Shown: piece after piece, positions 63,199-64,000 of the stretch
How the letters are laid out: every line of letters starts with the position of its first letter
How positions within the stretch are numbered: the first letter of the stretch is position 1
Origin: Octopus sinensis
Taxonomy: Eukaryota
DNA length: 64,000 nucleotides
Direction: 5' to 3'
Assembly: GCF_006345805.1 (NCBI RefSeq)
Contig: NC_042997.1
Coordinates: forward strand, 162,192,001 to 162,256,000
The notes under the pieces: generated by a model
Told to the model about the DNA's origin: nothing
The model's database searches: none
The model's input: the letters and a program-made list of their open reading frames with translations, nothing else
Made by a program: the position numbers and the translations under genes

Positions 63199-63408
63199 CC
63201 CTTTCGTTATTGTATTTATTTTGAGATGCTCTGTGTTTCTTTCAATTACTTTAAATATAACAAAGAATTTAGTAAAATAATTTGGTTATCATTAAGCTAG
63301 TGTTAGGAACATAAATTGTAACTAAGGTTTGGTGGAAGATTTTAATTCAAAACTTATGAAAACAAGACAATCATACTCAGAGCCAGAGCTGGGTTGGTAA
63401 CGAAAGGG
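63199..63408. mobile_element. piggyBac-like MITE with TTAA TSD
   Basis: ttaa|ccctttcgttat...gtaacgaaaggg|ttaa; close match to 25840-26058. Confidence 0.85.
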
Positions 63409-64000
63409 TTAAGCTGATGATTCCAGATCAAGATTGAAACAAGCCTAAAGTTTGTCATACACCTCCCAAAGATTAGAATGCCCTTTTATCACTCATGAAT
63501 TTATTCATAATTTCTTGAAATTATCTCTTCTTATTATTGAGTCAATAACTATAGCCACTAGGTTTTTGTTTTTCTTCTGTAAGGAAAATTTTAATAAGGA
63601 TTTACATGTACAACATTCAGTACACATCATCCTTCACTTTATACATATAATGGGCTCTCCCATTAAACAAGACATATGAGCATCTAACTTTTGCTAAATG
63701 ACCTGCACAAACGATTTGTTTATAGTGACCAAATGTATGTGCTGTACATTAGCTCACTCCCTCCATCAAATCAACGTTTCCTGAACGGGTGCACAACGTA
63801 CCATGTGTCAGGTGTCAAAGTGATCACAGAGCAACATGAGATGAAGTGTTTTGCTCAAGAATGGAATGCACCACTCAATCTAGGAATTGAAACTACGATT
63901 TCATGATCATGAGTGCAATACTCTATAGATGTGACTGTATGCTAAGAGGTTTGCCTCCCAACCATATGGATGAGTCAAGCTCCACTTCATGGTAACCTTG

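Noticed and set aside
1-64000. CRISPR arrays, operons or prokaryotic defence systems
   Set aside because: The sequence is intron-rich eukaryotic DNA, and no regularly spaced repeat-spacer array was seen.

Overview
AT-rich, repeat-dense eukaryotic DNA. The tRNA-derived SINE families and RTE-type (CAT)n tails look like those of a coleoid cephalopod, most likely Octopus (inference from recalled repeat families, not a database hit). Two convergent spliced genes were reconstructed by hand with consistent GT-AG boundaries and intron phases. (1) Minus strand, 55692-29797: a 15-coding-exon Polycomb-like gene (Pcl / MTF2-PHF1-PHF19 family, about 731 aa; Tudor, PHD1, PHD2, EH/winged helix, C-terminal reversed-chromo domain). 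(2) Plus strand, 19090-27069: a 5-coding-exon TMEM72-like 4-TM membrane protein (about 186 aa), of which the ORF track shows only the last exon. The rest is SINEs, MITEs (hAT-, piggyBac-like and foldback types), a Helitron-like element, and decayed pogo, mariner, RTE-LINE and Ty3/Gypsy fossils. Most ORF-track entries are spurious. The best leads are: a perfect 84-bp-arm hairpin 169 nt downstream of the Pcl winged-helix exon; a 5S rRNA head fused to an RTE-type tail (candidate SINE3 or chimera); degenerate hammerhead-ribozyme cores, one inside a tRNA-headed element; and a Pcl that keeps a complete Tudor aromatic cage and the IKK CpG-reading lysines. No clearly novel multi-gene system is supported.
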